Shown piece after piece: positions 28,676 through 37,296 of a stretch of 64,000 nt of DNA (position 1 is its first letter; each line of letters starts with the position of its first letter). Both the position numbers and the translations under genes were made by a program. The notes below the pieces were generated by a model. The model had not been told where the DNA came from, made no database searches, and saw only the letters and a list, made by a program, of their open reading frames with translations. The stretch is from an uncultured Gammaproteobacteria bacterium (GTDB lineage Bacteria > Patescibacteriota > Microgenomatia > Levybacterales > UBA12049), in assembly GCA_964512695.1 (NCBI GenBank), contig CAZEJU010000001.1, forward strand, positions 7,803 to 71,802, written 5' to 3'.

Positions 28676-28696
28676 ATGTTTTAAAAGGAGAAATAT

Positions 28697-30556
28697 ATGA
28701 GTTCACATAAAGAATATGCAGGGCAAGCTGCTCTCAAATCCTTAGCTGAAAGATATATTAGAAGGTATGGCTTAAAAGCTGATTTTAATCCCGAAGAGAC
28801 AGGTGGAGTAATTTTCGCTCAAGACGGTACACCACTAAGGCAAGTCCGTGCTCCTTTCTGGAGAGCAGAAAAAGGTGCAAAGGGAACAGGCAGAAAAGAT
28901 ATGCCTAGAGTTTACACTGCTACAAATCCTGACCCGGATAAACCTAACTCAGGATTAGAATTAGAATTCCAAGCTTTCCATGCCATGACAGGAGAAATGG
29001 AACCAGTCATGGATGCAGACCACCCAGTACATCAGGGGTTATTGGAACACAATCGAAAAGCAAAAAATGGACACACTGAAAATAATGGAAATGGACTTGG
29101 AAACGGAAATGGGGTTAATGGATATGTTTTTGTAGAAGACGGCGCTGACTGGGACCATGACTTCCCAACTGGACCTAAAGAAGTAGGATTTAGCCCAGAG
29201 CTAACACGTCATACTTTGGAGGAAAACTTTCCTCCGAATGTAGATTCCGGAACACGAAACAGAGAGACATTATATGGTATTAGCACAGTTGTACAATTAG
29301 CAGAAGCAAATAACACACTTATCTCTCCGTTCTCGACTATACCGCATCGAGATATTACACAAATTGATACGAATCAACATCCATATGTCCAACGCATAGC
29401 GTTCGAACACATGGGTCCCGAAAAAGTTAAACACTTTACAGGTACTTCACTGCAAATTCACGTAGAAATCAAGGATTTAGAGTCAGCTTTACACGCTGCA
29501 AACCGTTGGCAGCTAGTTACACCTATTATGTATGCGGGAACACTTTCAGCACCTTTTATCGCAGGAGAAATAACACCCGATTTACAAGAACGGTATGGTC
29601 AAGTTCCCGACGTGGTTGGCGATCCACTAAAAGAAAGCACATTTGATACTATGACACAAGGACCCCATGAATCATATAGATATTATGGTAGATTAATAGG
29701 ATCACCTTCTGGAGGTGCAATGAGACAGCCTCTACCTGAAACATCTGAAGAATTTTGGTCTGCGGCTAATAATCTTCTAAAATCAGGAGAAAGTCCTTCC
29801 GTGGGTAGAGTAGCAGGACACCATGCAGATTTTCGTATTCGCCCTGACTTGGGACCGTATGGCACAATCGAGTTAGCAGTATTAGATACTGCCGGTGCGC
29901 GCATTCCAAATATCGTAGCCATTCAAGAATTCTCCAGAGCTTTGGGTTGGAAGTTACAGAGACAAGCAGGTAATTGGGAACAAATTATGGAAGATCCTCG
30001 TTTTAAATCGATATTCGGGCAAGCACCTTCTAAGGAAACATTCGAGACTGTTCACTGGAATACTATAGAGGTAGCAAAACATGGAAATAAGGCAATGATT
30101 ACTGGTATGGACGGAGAACAGCATTCTATAGCAGAGTTATGGAGTAAGTTAGTGGAATATGTACAAGAACCTATTGAAGAAACCGGTTATACTGGTTTAC
30201 CGGAAGGTATTATCGAGGTATTAGATAAAGCTTATCAAGACCCATCAGAACTATTTGATGTTTATAAAGACGAAAAAGGAGTTACTTCTGTCAAAGGATT
30301 CTATGAAACCGGAGTCGGAACTATGAGCCAGTGGGCCAGACAACGTGCAGAAGAGTTGAAAGCAAGAGGCTTAGCAGAAAAAGAAGCCATTATCGATACT
30401 ACACTTAATGTAGGCAAAAGCTTTCATGAACATGTAAAGTCAATGACACCCAAAGATCTTAATACTTTATATGTAAGCGCTAACAAGGATGTGGATAAAT
30501 CACCCCAATACAGCGCTAATGGTCAGAATCCATCATACCAAACCACTGCGTCCTAA
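28697..30556 (+). CDS. GCS2/YbdK-like carboxylate-amine ligase family protein
   Basis: Motif order parallels E. coli YbdK: GLELEFQAF; SLQIHVEI (GQHVHVG-like); HHADFRIRPDLGPYGTIELAVLDT (HWDIRP..GTVEVRVMDT-like). Confidence 0.5.
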   Translation: MSSHKEYAGQAALKSLAERYIRRYGLKADFNPEETGGVIFAQDGTPLRQVRAPFWRAEKGAKGTGRKDMPRVYTATNPDPDKPNSGLELEFQAFHAMTGEMEPVMDADHPVHQGLLEHNRKAKNGHTENNGNGLGNGNGVNGYVFVEDGADWDHDFPTGPKEVGFSPELTRHTLEENFPPNVDSGTRNRETLYGISTVVQLAEANNTLISPFSTIPHRDITQIDTNQHPYVQRIAFEHMGPEKVKHFTGTSLQIHVEIKDLESALHAANRWQLVTPIMYAGTLSAPFIAGEITPDLQERYGQVPDVVGDPLKESTFDTMTQGPHESYRYYGRLIGSPSGGAMRQPLPETSEEFWSAANNLLKSGESPSVGRVAGHHADFRIRPDLGPYGTIELAVLDTAGARIPNIVAIQEFSRALGWKLQRQAGNWEQIMEDPRFKSIFGQAPSKETFETVHWNTIEVAKHGNKAMITGMDGEQHSIAELWSKLVEYVQEPIEETGYTGLPEGIIEVLDKAYQDPSELFDVYKDEKGVTSVKGFYETGVGTMSQWARQRAEELKARGLAEKEAIIDTTLNVGKSFHEHVKSMTPKDLNTLYVSANKDVDKSPQYSANGQNPSYQTTAS

Positions 30557-30590
30557 CAAGTATCAACTATTGTTGTGATACAATAACAAC

Positions 30591-31676
30591 ATGATTCAAC
30601 AAGAAAGGCTTCTAAAAACATTCTTCGATCTTGTTTCAATCGATAGTCCTACAGGTGAAGAAGAACGCATTCGTAACGAACTCTCAAATCGTTTGAAAAA
30701 ACTTGGCGCTGAAACAGTGGAAAAAGATACCTATGGTAACCTCATAGCGAAATTCCATGGTGAAGGTGAACCGCTCATGATTAACTGCCATATGGACACT
30801 GTAGAGCCCGGTAGAGGCATAGTACCAATTATGAAAGGTGATAGAGTAGAAACCGACGGGAAGACAATTCTAGCGGGTGATGCAAAGGCAGGTTTAGCGA
30901 TTATCCTCGAAGCCTTAACTTCACTAAAAGAAGAAAATAAAAAACATGTACCTATCGAAATCGTCTTTACTGTAGAGGAGGAAACTGGACTTTATGGAGC
31001 TGTTAACCTCGACTATTCAAAAGTCTCCGCAAAAAAAGGATTTGTTTTTGATGGTTCAAAAGATCCTTGTACCTTAACCACATCAGCACCGGGATATTAT
31101 AGAGTCGATGTTACAATCATAGGAAGAGCGGCTCATGCGGGAGCCGAACCTGAAAAAGGTATTTCAGCTATTAAAATCGCTTCTGATATTATTACGAAGC
31201 TCGAGGTAGGCAGAATTGATGAAGAAACTACGGCAAACGTCGGTATTATAGAAGGCGGAAGCGCCCGGAATGCAGTACCAGAAAAAGCACATTTTAAGGC
31301 AGAAATTCGAAGTAGAAAGCTAGAAAAGCTTGAAAAACATGCAGGTCATTTCCAAGAAGTTTTTGAGGAAGCGATGAAGAAACATCCTGAAGCGAAAATA
31401 GAGATAGACATGCATTTAGAATTTAATCCATATATTTTCGATGAAAACCATCATGTTATTCAGCTTGCGAGTAAAGCGTTAAGCGAACTAGGACAAACAC
31501 CGAAACTTGCACCTTCGAATGGAGGATCCGATGTCAATATTTTTATTTCACACGATATAGAAACAGTGGCTGTAGGAATTGGCGATTATAATGCTCATAC
31601 AACCCGCGAATACGTCGTCATATCTGAAATAGTGTTAGGAGCTAGACTCTGCGAAAAACTCCTTGAGGCGAAGTAA
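30591..31676 (+). CDS. M20 family peptidase, peptidase T (PepT)-like
   Basis: LLKTFFDLVSIDSPTGEE; metal-binding HMDTV, GAVN/DGS region and E-rich catalytic region. Paralog of 39896. Confidence 0.7.
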   Translation: MIQQERLLKTFFDLVSIDSPTGEEERIRNELSNRLKKLGAETVEKDTYGNLIAKFHGEGEPLMINCHMDTVEPGRGIVPIMKGDRVETDGKTILAGDAKAGLAIILEALTSLKEENKKHVPIEIVFTVEEETGLYGAVNLDYSKVSAKKGFVFDGSKDPCTLTTSAPGYYRVDVTIIGRAAHAGAEPEKGISAIKIASDIITKLEVGRIDEETTANVGIIEGGSARNAVPEKAHFKAEIRSRKLEKLEKHAGHFQEVFEEAMKKHPEAKIEIDMHLEFNPYIFDENHHVIQLASKALSELGQTPKLAPSNGGSDVNIFISHDIETVAVGIGDYNAHTTREYVVISEIVLGARLCEKLLEAK

Positions 31677-31759
31677 ATTGGTATATTGCTAAACTGCTAA
31701 TTGTTACGTGAGAGTAACCATACAACAATACCCATATCAATAAATTTTCGCTACAAAAA

Positions 31760-31788
31760 TTGACACGTCATTAACCTCATGGTAGAAT
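31760..31788 (+). promoter_or_regulatory. sigma70 promoter TTGACA-N17-TAGAAT
   Basis: Read directly from the sequence. Confidence 0.6.
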
Positions 31789-31794
31789 TACTAT

Positions 31795-32108
31795 AACATA
31801 CGAATAACAGCGTTGATCCAGTATGGATGGGACTGGGGATTCTCCTTCATTAAAGTTACGCAAGGAGAGCGCTGGGTCTAATCAACCCCGGAGGCGAAAC
31901 CGTAAAAAGATCAGCAACATGTGTCATAGCTGCAGATAAGCACTGATTAAAAGCTGATTCTCGCTGATATAGAGCATGTCATGAATGAGAAGTCCTCCCA
32001 CGCCAAAGCTCCGGAGGATAAAACAAGGTGGCACCGTCCTTAAATAAACGTGGGACCCTTGTAAATAACTACAAAGTAATTTTGTGGTTGTTTACAAGGG
32101 TTTTTTTA
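31795..32108 (+). ncRNA. T-box riboswitch leader (antiterminator AAGG-UGGCACC-GUCC; terminator + T7)
   Basis: AAGGUGGCACCGUCC (~32026-32040) matches the T-box consensus AGGGUGGNACCGCG, including the 7-nt UGGNACC bulge. The 3' strand GGACCCUUG overlaps the 5' arm of the terminator 32057-32108. A candidate Stem I spans GUUGAUC...GAUCAGCAAC. Confidence 0.5.
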
Positions 32109-32120
32109 ATGGTAAAAACT

Positions 32121-33269
32121 ATGAAAGAAGGAGTTATTATACAAGTTGATCCGAGAATACCAGAGCCATATATAACATATATCCGGCAACGAAATGGGAA
32201 TGTCGGCAGAGATATAGCAGATCACCTTGGCCTACCCTATGTAGGAGACAGTCAGGGAGTACAACGTGCAGCTGATTATTATCCTGTACTTGCCAGAACT
32301 GTCACCAGAGAACATGCAAGAGTATTAGGTGCAGAAAATACAAGAGATTTCTATGGTCTTGCAGTTGAAGATTTAAATGTTGTGGGTAAATCTATACTCC
32401 ATCCTTCTATAAGCAGAAGACATCCTTTATTTCATAGAGAACAATTCGCACGAAAAGTCTTAGGTCAAACCCTTCCTGGTATAACCGGTTTCTCTAAAGA
32501 AGATTTATTAGCAGGGTATGAAAATGGTTACGCTGGATCACTGGATCATGCTTTAGATTACGAGCAGTATGGATTACGTGTTAAACTTCCAAATGAATCC
32601 GACGGCGTAGGACAATTTACTATACAAAGCAAGGATGATCTGGTTACTCTTCTAGAAGCTATTGAGGATAAAGATATCCACGAACAAGGACTGGTTCTGG
32701 AAGCTGATGTACAGAAACCTGAGACTATATCAGTCGGATTCGCGAGAATCGGTGATGAACAATTAAGTTTCATAGCCCAACAAAAAGATGCACGTGTGTT
32801 AGTAGATCATAAGGGCAAAACAATAGAGCAGAATAGATATGGTGGGGCATACGTCGTTGTGGCAAAAGGCCCTTTACAGTTACTATGCCAAGCCACGGAA
32901 GCAACTTCGCGTGAGAGATCTGCTGTAGAAAAAACACTGGCGTTTCATGAAGCCTATCAACGCATCTATGATCCTTTAGCTTCGAGATTAAGTTTCGATG
33001 TCATTTTCGGAGAAGGGAAAAACGGTCTCCCACTTGCAGGAATAAGTGACATTACTGGTAGGCTAGGTGGAACGTGTCCAGCACTCATGCAAGCTGCTGA
33101 AGAGTTCAGGAAAAACCCTTCTATTCAAATGGTAGGAACAGAAGTATCTCTTAATTATACTCCCCATGTACGATTTCCCTATGAAGATGAAGCTAAGGTG
33201 TATGTAGACCACCCAACACTCAGACTTACAGCAAGAGTAAACTCAAAACACAGAAGACTCGCAGCATAG
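32121..33269 (+). CDS. ATP-grasp-like protein
   Basis: GLRVKLPNESDGVGQFTIQSKDDL resembles the ATP-grasp central motif, but weakly. Start set at MKEGV downstream of the T-box terminator; the ORF-track start lies inside the leader. Confidence 0.35.
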   Translation: MKEGVIIQVDPRIPEPYITYIRQRNGNVGRDIADHLGLPYVGDSQGVQRAADYYPVLARTVTREHARVLGAENTRDFYGLAVEDLNVVGKSILHPSISRRHPLFHREQFARKVLGQTLPGITGFSKEDLLAGYENGYAGSLDHALDYEQYGLRVKLPNESDGVGQFTIQSKDDLVTLLEAIEDKDIHEQGLVLEADVQKPETISVGFARIGDEQLSFIAQQKDARVLVDHKGKTIEQNRYGGAYVVVAKGPLQLLCQATEATSRERSAVEKTLAFHEAYQRIYDPLASRLSFDVIFGEGKNGLPLAGISDITGRLGGTCPALMQAAEEFRKNPSIQMVGTEVSLNYTPHVRFPYEDEAKVYVDHPTLRLTARVNSKHRRLAA

Positions 33270-33278
33270 ACATGAATC

Positions 33279-33307
33279 TTGACATTACACATGGGCTATC
33301 CTATAAT
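33279..33307 (+). promoter_or_regulatory. consensus sigma70 promoter TTGACA-N17-TATAAT
   Basis: Read directly from the sequence. Confidence 0.65.
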
Positions 33308-33314
33308 CATTTAT

Positions 33315-33371
33315 ATGATACGACAAGCAGTAAATTTCTTTTTCTTTTTTACCCCACTCGCGGGGAGGTAA
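33315..33371 (+). promoter_or_regulatory. Phe-rich leader peptide ORF (MIRQAVNFFFFFTPLAGR; five consecutive Phe codons)
   Basis: ATG ATA CGA CAA GCA GTA AAT TTC TTT TTC TTT TTT ACC CCA CTC GCG GGG AGG TAA. Leaderless. Its 3' end runs through the hairpin CCCCACUCGCGGGG, whose GCGGGG can alternatively pair with the CCCCGC of the terminator. Confidence 0.6.
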
Positions 33372-33398
33372 TTTCGTGATCACACGAAATACTCTATA

Positions 33399-33422
33399 CC
33401 CCGCATAAGGCGGGGTTTTTTT
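33399..33422 (+). terminator. intrinsic terminator CCCCGCataagGCGGGG + T7
   Basis: Directly followed by the ATG of the tiny ORF MEEFYGND, then the main start at 33436. Confidence 0.6.
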
Positions 33423-33435
33423 ATGGAGGAATTCT

Positions 33436-35136
33436 ATGGCAATGACTGAACAAGACATACTAAAAGGTACAATGAACGGCCGAGTTGATTCAGGTTTAAA
33501 GGCAACTGATAACACAGCAGTACCTTTAGGTGAACAATCTCATGGCGGCATAGTCCGAAATACCGATGGACTATGGTGGCTACCTGCCTCACCACATCGC
33601 GGAAGGGGTTTCGAATGGCAAGACTCAAAGGATCCTAGATATAACGCAACACATTTAAGTGAAGTTGGCTACCACCCTGAACCTCTAGAACCACAGAGAA
33701 CCGTAGAAGTATTAGCTGAACATTTACAAGAAAAAGTTGAAGGAAGAATTCCGGAAACAGAAACCCATGGAGTTGAAGTTGAAGGGACTACCTATGATCG
33801 AGAAGGCAATCTCTTAGCAATTCCTGTCGATCAGAAAACAAATCCCGAATTATTAGCTTCTACACATGAAGAAGCCACAAAACTGGAAAACGGACAGTAC
33901 CCGAGAAAACCATTTGAAATAGCTCGAGCAGTAGCCAGTGCAACCCAGCGGGGTATCGCAATCGCTGAAAATCATAGCGGAATACTTGTCCTCACAGAAG
34001 TACCAGAAGGTGGAACATTTCATGATGCTGAAAACAGTACATTTCCATATATAGTACGTCAACAAGGAAGAATTCGAAGACACGCATTAGCACACCTTGA
34101 TGAGATACCTGAAGAAACATGGGCTCTCTATCGACGTTACGGCGTAGATATTCGAGAACTACTGGAATCTAATAGACCGCTCAATTGGCCTACTCATGGA
34201 TTGCATCATCATGCCGGTGCGCCACAAATAGAAGGATTAGTCGACCCGAGAGCCGCACTGGTTATGGGAAAAATGCGTCAAACACTTTTTGCAAAATTAC
34301 TGCAATACCCAGCATTTAATAGCAGTAGATTATATGAAAAAGAAACTGATCTCCGCGGAGTCCGATCTGTCGCAAAACACGCGCTTGCTACAACAGTTAA
34401 TAATGATTTACCTGATAGTGCTGAAGAGCTAATGTGGGATGTGCAACGGGCAATGAGAGAGGGAGAAATCGCTACGCCTTCACGATATCCTTATAAAGGC
34501 CAACACGATGTCGTTCGATTTAGGATGGATGGAAAACATAAAACTGTCGAGTCTATTAAAGATCCTATGACACCTGACCTATTAACAGCGCTTCATCTCG
34601 TGTTCGGCAATCAACTCCTGGATACCATCGGCCAGCAAGCTCTCGTACAAGTAGGTGGAGATGAAAGCAAAGTTATGGGTTATTTACAATCTATACATCC
34701 TGAGCTTTTTGCCACATTGCCTTCATTAGGTCCTGAGTCATCACATAGTGCAGATATGCAGTTTAATAAAGCAGGGTATCTAGGAACATTCCGCGGGAAA
34801 ACTTATGCTGAGCTTATAAGAGATGCACGTGCTGTCGTGGAAGGGGTAGGCAAACATTATACAGCACTTGAGACACAAGCTAAAATTGTAAATCACGTAC
34901 TAGGATACCAAACAGATATTCCTCATCCACAGACTGATCTAGCAACATTTATGGGAATAAAAAATGGAGTTTACCAACCAAATAGTATGAGAGCAGGAAT
35001 TCTAACGGATTATAAAACGGGTATTCCTACAAATGAACTGTTAGTTGTCCAGGCTGAAGCAACGAAATTACAAGCTCAAGCTTTAGCACAAGTGAGAGAT
35101 GATAAAGATCTTCTCGAAGTGTATGGATTACAGTAA
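33436..35136 (+). CDS. GCS2/YbdK-like carboxylate-amine ligase family paralog
   Basis: THGLHHHAG and VVRFRMDGKHKTVESI align with the GxHVHVG and HWDIRP..GTVEVR motifs of the family. Paralog of 28697, 41323 and 56332. Confidence 0.4.
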   Translation: MAMTEQDILKGTMNGRVDSGLKATDNTAVPLGEQSHGGIVRNTDGLWWLPASPHRGRGFEWQDSKDPRYNATHLSEVGYHPEPLEPQRTVEVLAEHLQEKVEGRIPETETHGVEVEGTTYDREGNLLAIPVDQKTNPELLASTHEEATKLENGQYPRKPFEIARAVASATQRGIAIAENHSGILVLTEVPEGGTFHDAENSTFPYIVRQQGRIRRHALAHLDEIPEETWALYRRYGVDIRELLESNRPLNWPTHGLHHHAGAPQIEGLVDPRAALVMGKMRQTLFAKLLQYPAFNSSRLYEKETDLRGVRSVAKHALATTVNNDLPDSAEELMWDVQRAMREGEIATPSRYPYKGQHDVVRFRMDGKHKTVESIKDPMTPDLLTALHLVFGNQLLDTIGQQALVQVGGDESKVMGYLQSIHPELFATLPSLGPESSHSADMQFNKAGYLGTFRGKTYAELIRDARAVVEGVGKHYTALETQAKIVNHVLGYQTDIPHPQTDLATFMGIKNGVYQPNSMRAGILTDYKTGIPTNELLVVQAEATKLQAQALAQVRDDKDLLEVYGLQ

Positions 35137-35139
35137 GCT

Positions 35140-35982
35140 TTATTCTCCTGACCAGGACATGGCATTCATAGCTATTTGAGAATCCATATCCAAATTCTTC
35201 AAAGTAAGTGGCAGAAAAGATACATTACTTAATAAGACAGCTCGTTCTAAGGGGGTATTTTCCAGAATAGGAGCATACAGTCGTCCTTCAATACCATCTC
35301 GGACTTCCTTCACATTAACAGAATCAGTAACACCAACCACAGGTACTGTAATTGAGTGTTTTTCTATCTGTAAATATTTCGAGGGCCAGATAAGATCTGG
35401 ATTTTCACTATCTGAAACGAAAAACTGTCTACCATTCGCAGGAACTACTAAACCTGATACAGCAGGTCTGGTATCAAAACTCTGGCCTTCATCACCCCAT
35501 AACATCTCACGAATGTCCTGGTGTACGTAACCTCTTCCACCTGAAAGGAGCGCAGCGCCATTCGCGTTGGAATAGAGCAATCCGAATGCTATACCTATCT
35601 CATCTAATTCTATGGCAGCAGGGGATGCAGCACGCTCTGAAAGTGATAAAGAAGCAGTACGCATTTGTTGCATCTGACTTATAGCACCTCTATGCTTCTG
35701 CATAACCATTTCTCTAACAGATTCACGTTCTTTATTAAAAGCTGACCATGTAGCAGGGAGAACGTCTATATATGCAGTTATACCCAATTCTTCGCGAATT
35801 GTTTTCTCTAATGCAGCCACCCTATCCATAGCGATCAATCGCTCACGGTCAGCGTGGATACTAGCGCCAATATCCTTACCTGCCAGAGCTTTTAAATAAG
35901 CAGCATGATACTCAGCATATAACGTGCGTAGTTGTTGGGTGTAGATTTGCAGCAATCTCGAATTTTCTCTACGTTCTATCAT
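35140..35982 (-). CDS. hypothetical protein
   Basis: 280-aa ORF downstream of tRNA-Val(GAC) on the minus strand. Confidence 0.35.
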   Translation of the reverse strand: MIERRENSRLLQIYTQQLRTLYAEYHAAYLKALAGKDIGASIHADRERLIAMDRVAALEKTIREELGITAYIDVLPATWSAFNKERESVREMVMQKHRGAISQMQQMRTASLSLSERAASPAAIELDEIGIAFGLLYSNANGAALLSGGRGYVHQDIREMLWGDEGQSFDTRPAVSGLVVPANGRQFFVSDSENPDLIWPSKYLQIEKHSITVPVVGVTDSVNVKEVRDGIEGRLYAPILENTPLERAVLLSNVSFLPLTLKNLDMDSQIAMNAMSWSGE

Positions 35983-36100
35983 GGGTAATATTATATATTA
36001 TAGGATCTAATTCACACAAGCATACGGGTCGGTATTTTCCAGCACAGTTATTTATTAAGCAGTTTGTAATATTAGGAAGACTATTGTAGTTAGTAAAGTG

Positions 36101-36174
36101 TGGGGCCAAGTGGACTTGAACCACTGACCTTTTCAATGTCAATGAAACGCTCTAGCCAACTGAGCTATGGCCCC
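36101..36174 (-). tRNA. tRNA-Val (anticodon GAC)
   Basis: Acceptor GGGGCCA/UGGCCCC, D-loop AGUUGGCUA, anticodon loop UUGACAU, T-loop UUCAAGU, discriminator A. Confidence 0.8.
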
Positions 36175-36306
36175 ATTTTTTACAATCACCATTCTAACAA
36201 AATAGTACTTGTAAAACAATCTTTCTCGTTTTCTAGCATTGTTAATATTTTTACTGTATTTATTGACATAGCTTTATGACCTTCTGTTATACTATCTGCA
36301 TACTTA

Positions 36307-36900
36307 TTGGGGCAACAAATGACAAGATCTGAAGCATATACAATGCTTACAAAATATCTCCATAATAAAAACCTTATTAAGCATTGTCTTGCTGCTGAAG
36401 CGACAATGAAAGCTTTATATAAACGCCTGACTCCACAGCATGAACAAAACCCAGCAGATGAGGAAAAATGGGGGATTGTGGGACTCATGCATGATGCGGA
36501 TTATGAAATTGCACAACAGACAAACCAGCTTGATAAACATGGATTGTTACTCTTTGAAAAAGAACAGGGAACAATACCAGATGATATCGCGCATGCTATT
36601 AAATCTCACAATTTTTTAAACACGAGAGTAATGCCAGAGAATGCCATGGATTGGGCTATAGAAACATGTGATCAACTAACAGGGCTTATCGTCGCAGCCG
36701 CGCTCATCCACCCTGATAGAAAATTATCCTCACTAGATACACAATTCGTATTAAACCGATTTCACGAAAAATCATTTGCGAAGGGAGCAAAACGTGAGGC
36801 GATTATTCTCGCTGAAAAAAAGCTAGGGTTACAGCTAGAAGAATTCATAACAGTTACATTAAAGGCAATGCAAGGAATTAGTACAGAATTGGGATTGTAA
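36307..36900 (+). CDS. HD-domain phosphohydrolase
   Basis: H...HD motif (GLMHDADYE); ~190 aa. A TTGACA-N18-TATACT promoter lies upstream. Confidence 0.6.
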   Translation: MGQQMTRSEAYTMLTKYLHNKNLIKHCLAAEATMKALYKRLTPQHEQNPADEEKWGIVGLMHDADYEIAQQTNQLDKHGLLLFEKEQGTIPDDIAHAIKSHNFLNTRVMPENAMDWAIETCDQLTGLIVAAALIHPDRKLSSLDTQFVLNRFHEKSFAKGAKREAIILAEKKLGLQLEEFITVTLKAMQGISTELGL

Positions 36901-36930
36901 TTTATACTTTTATTCTCCATAATATTTTTA

Positions 36931-37152
36931 ATGTCTTCCGAAAAATATCATCATGTACATAAAGGAAAGATTGAGATTTTCATCAATAATTTTACAGGCG
37001 GAATTGCCTGGGGATTAGGAGCAAGTGTAGGTGTATCAATCCTATTTACGATTCTCGGTTTTATAGCAACTCAAGCAAATCTCGTTCCCTATATAGGAAC
37101 ATTTGTTTCACAAATTATCGACTTCGTGTTAAAACATAACAAACATTTTTAA
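36931..37152 (+). CDS. small membrane protein (73 aa)
   Basis: Two hydrophobic helices (GGIAWGLGASVGVSILFTILGFIA). Confidence 0.4.
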   Translation: MSSEKYHHVHKGKIEIFINNFTGGIAWGLGASVGVSILFTILGFIATQANLVPYIGTFVSQIIDFVLKHNKHF

Positions 37153-37163
37153 TAACTGCTGTA

Positions 37164-37192
37164 TTGACGAACTGTATGACTCATGGTATATT
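37164..37192 (+). promoter_or_regulatory. sigma70-like promoter TTGACG-N17-TATATT
   Basis: Read directly from the sequence. Confidence 0.55.
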
Positions 37193-37202
37193 GCTCAAAT
37201 AT

Positions 37203-37247
37203 ATGAAATCCACTTTTTTAGTTTGTTGTGTTACAACTCTGCTTTAA
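37203..37247 (+). promoter_or_regulatory. leader peptide ORF MKSTFLVCCVTTLL (tandem Cys-Cys, Thr-Thr, Leu-Leu)
   Basis: ATG AAA TCC ACT TTT TTA GTT TGT TGT GTT ACA ACT CTG CTT TAA. Its stop abuts GGGG of the antiterminator, which pairs with CCCC of the terminator. Confidence 0.45.
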
Positions 37248-37274
37248 GGGGTTGTAGTTATCGTGGAATATGCA

Positions 37275-37296
37275 CCCCGCCAAGCGGGGTTTTTTT
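37275..37296 (+). terminator. intrinsic terminator CCCCGCcaaGCGGGG + T7 directly abutting the start codon
   Basis: 6-bp GC stem, 3-nt loop, 7 T, then ATG at 37297. Confidence 0.6.

Noticed and set aside
29090-29130. GNGLGNGNGVNGY-encoding low-complexity stretch in the 28697 ligase as a repeat element
   Set aside because: It is in-frame and short. It is most likely a Gly/Asn-rich linker, not a DNA-level mobile repeat.
32028-32120. ORF-track N-terminal extensions (32028 MAPSLNK..., 37270 MHPAKRGFF..., 23827 MYHVLF..., 18352, 20153) as genuine coding sequence
   Set aside because: The extensions run through terminator hairpins, T-box or leader elements, or a tRNA gene (18352). They start at GTG or with poor context. 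The downstream internal Met placed after the U-tract is the more plausible start.
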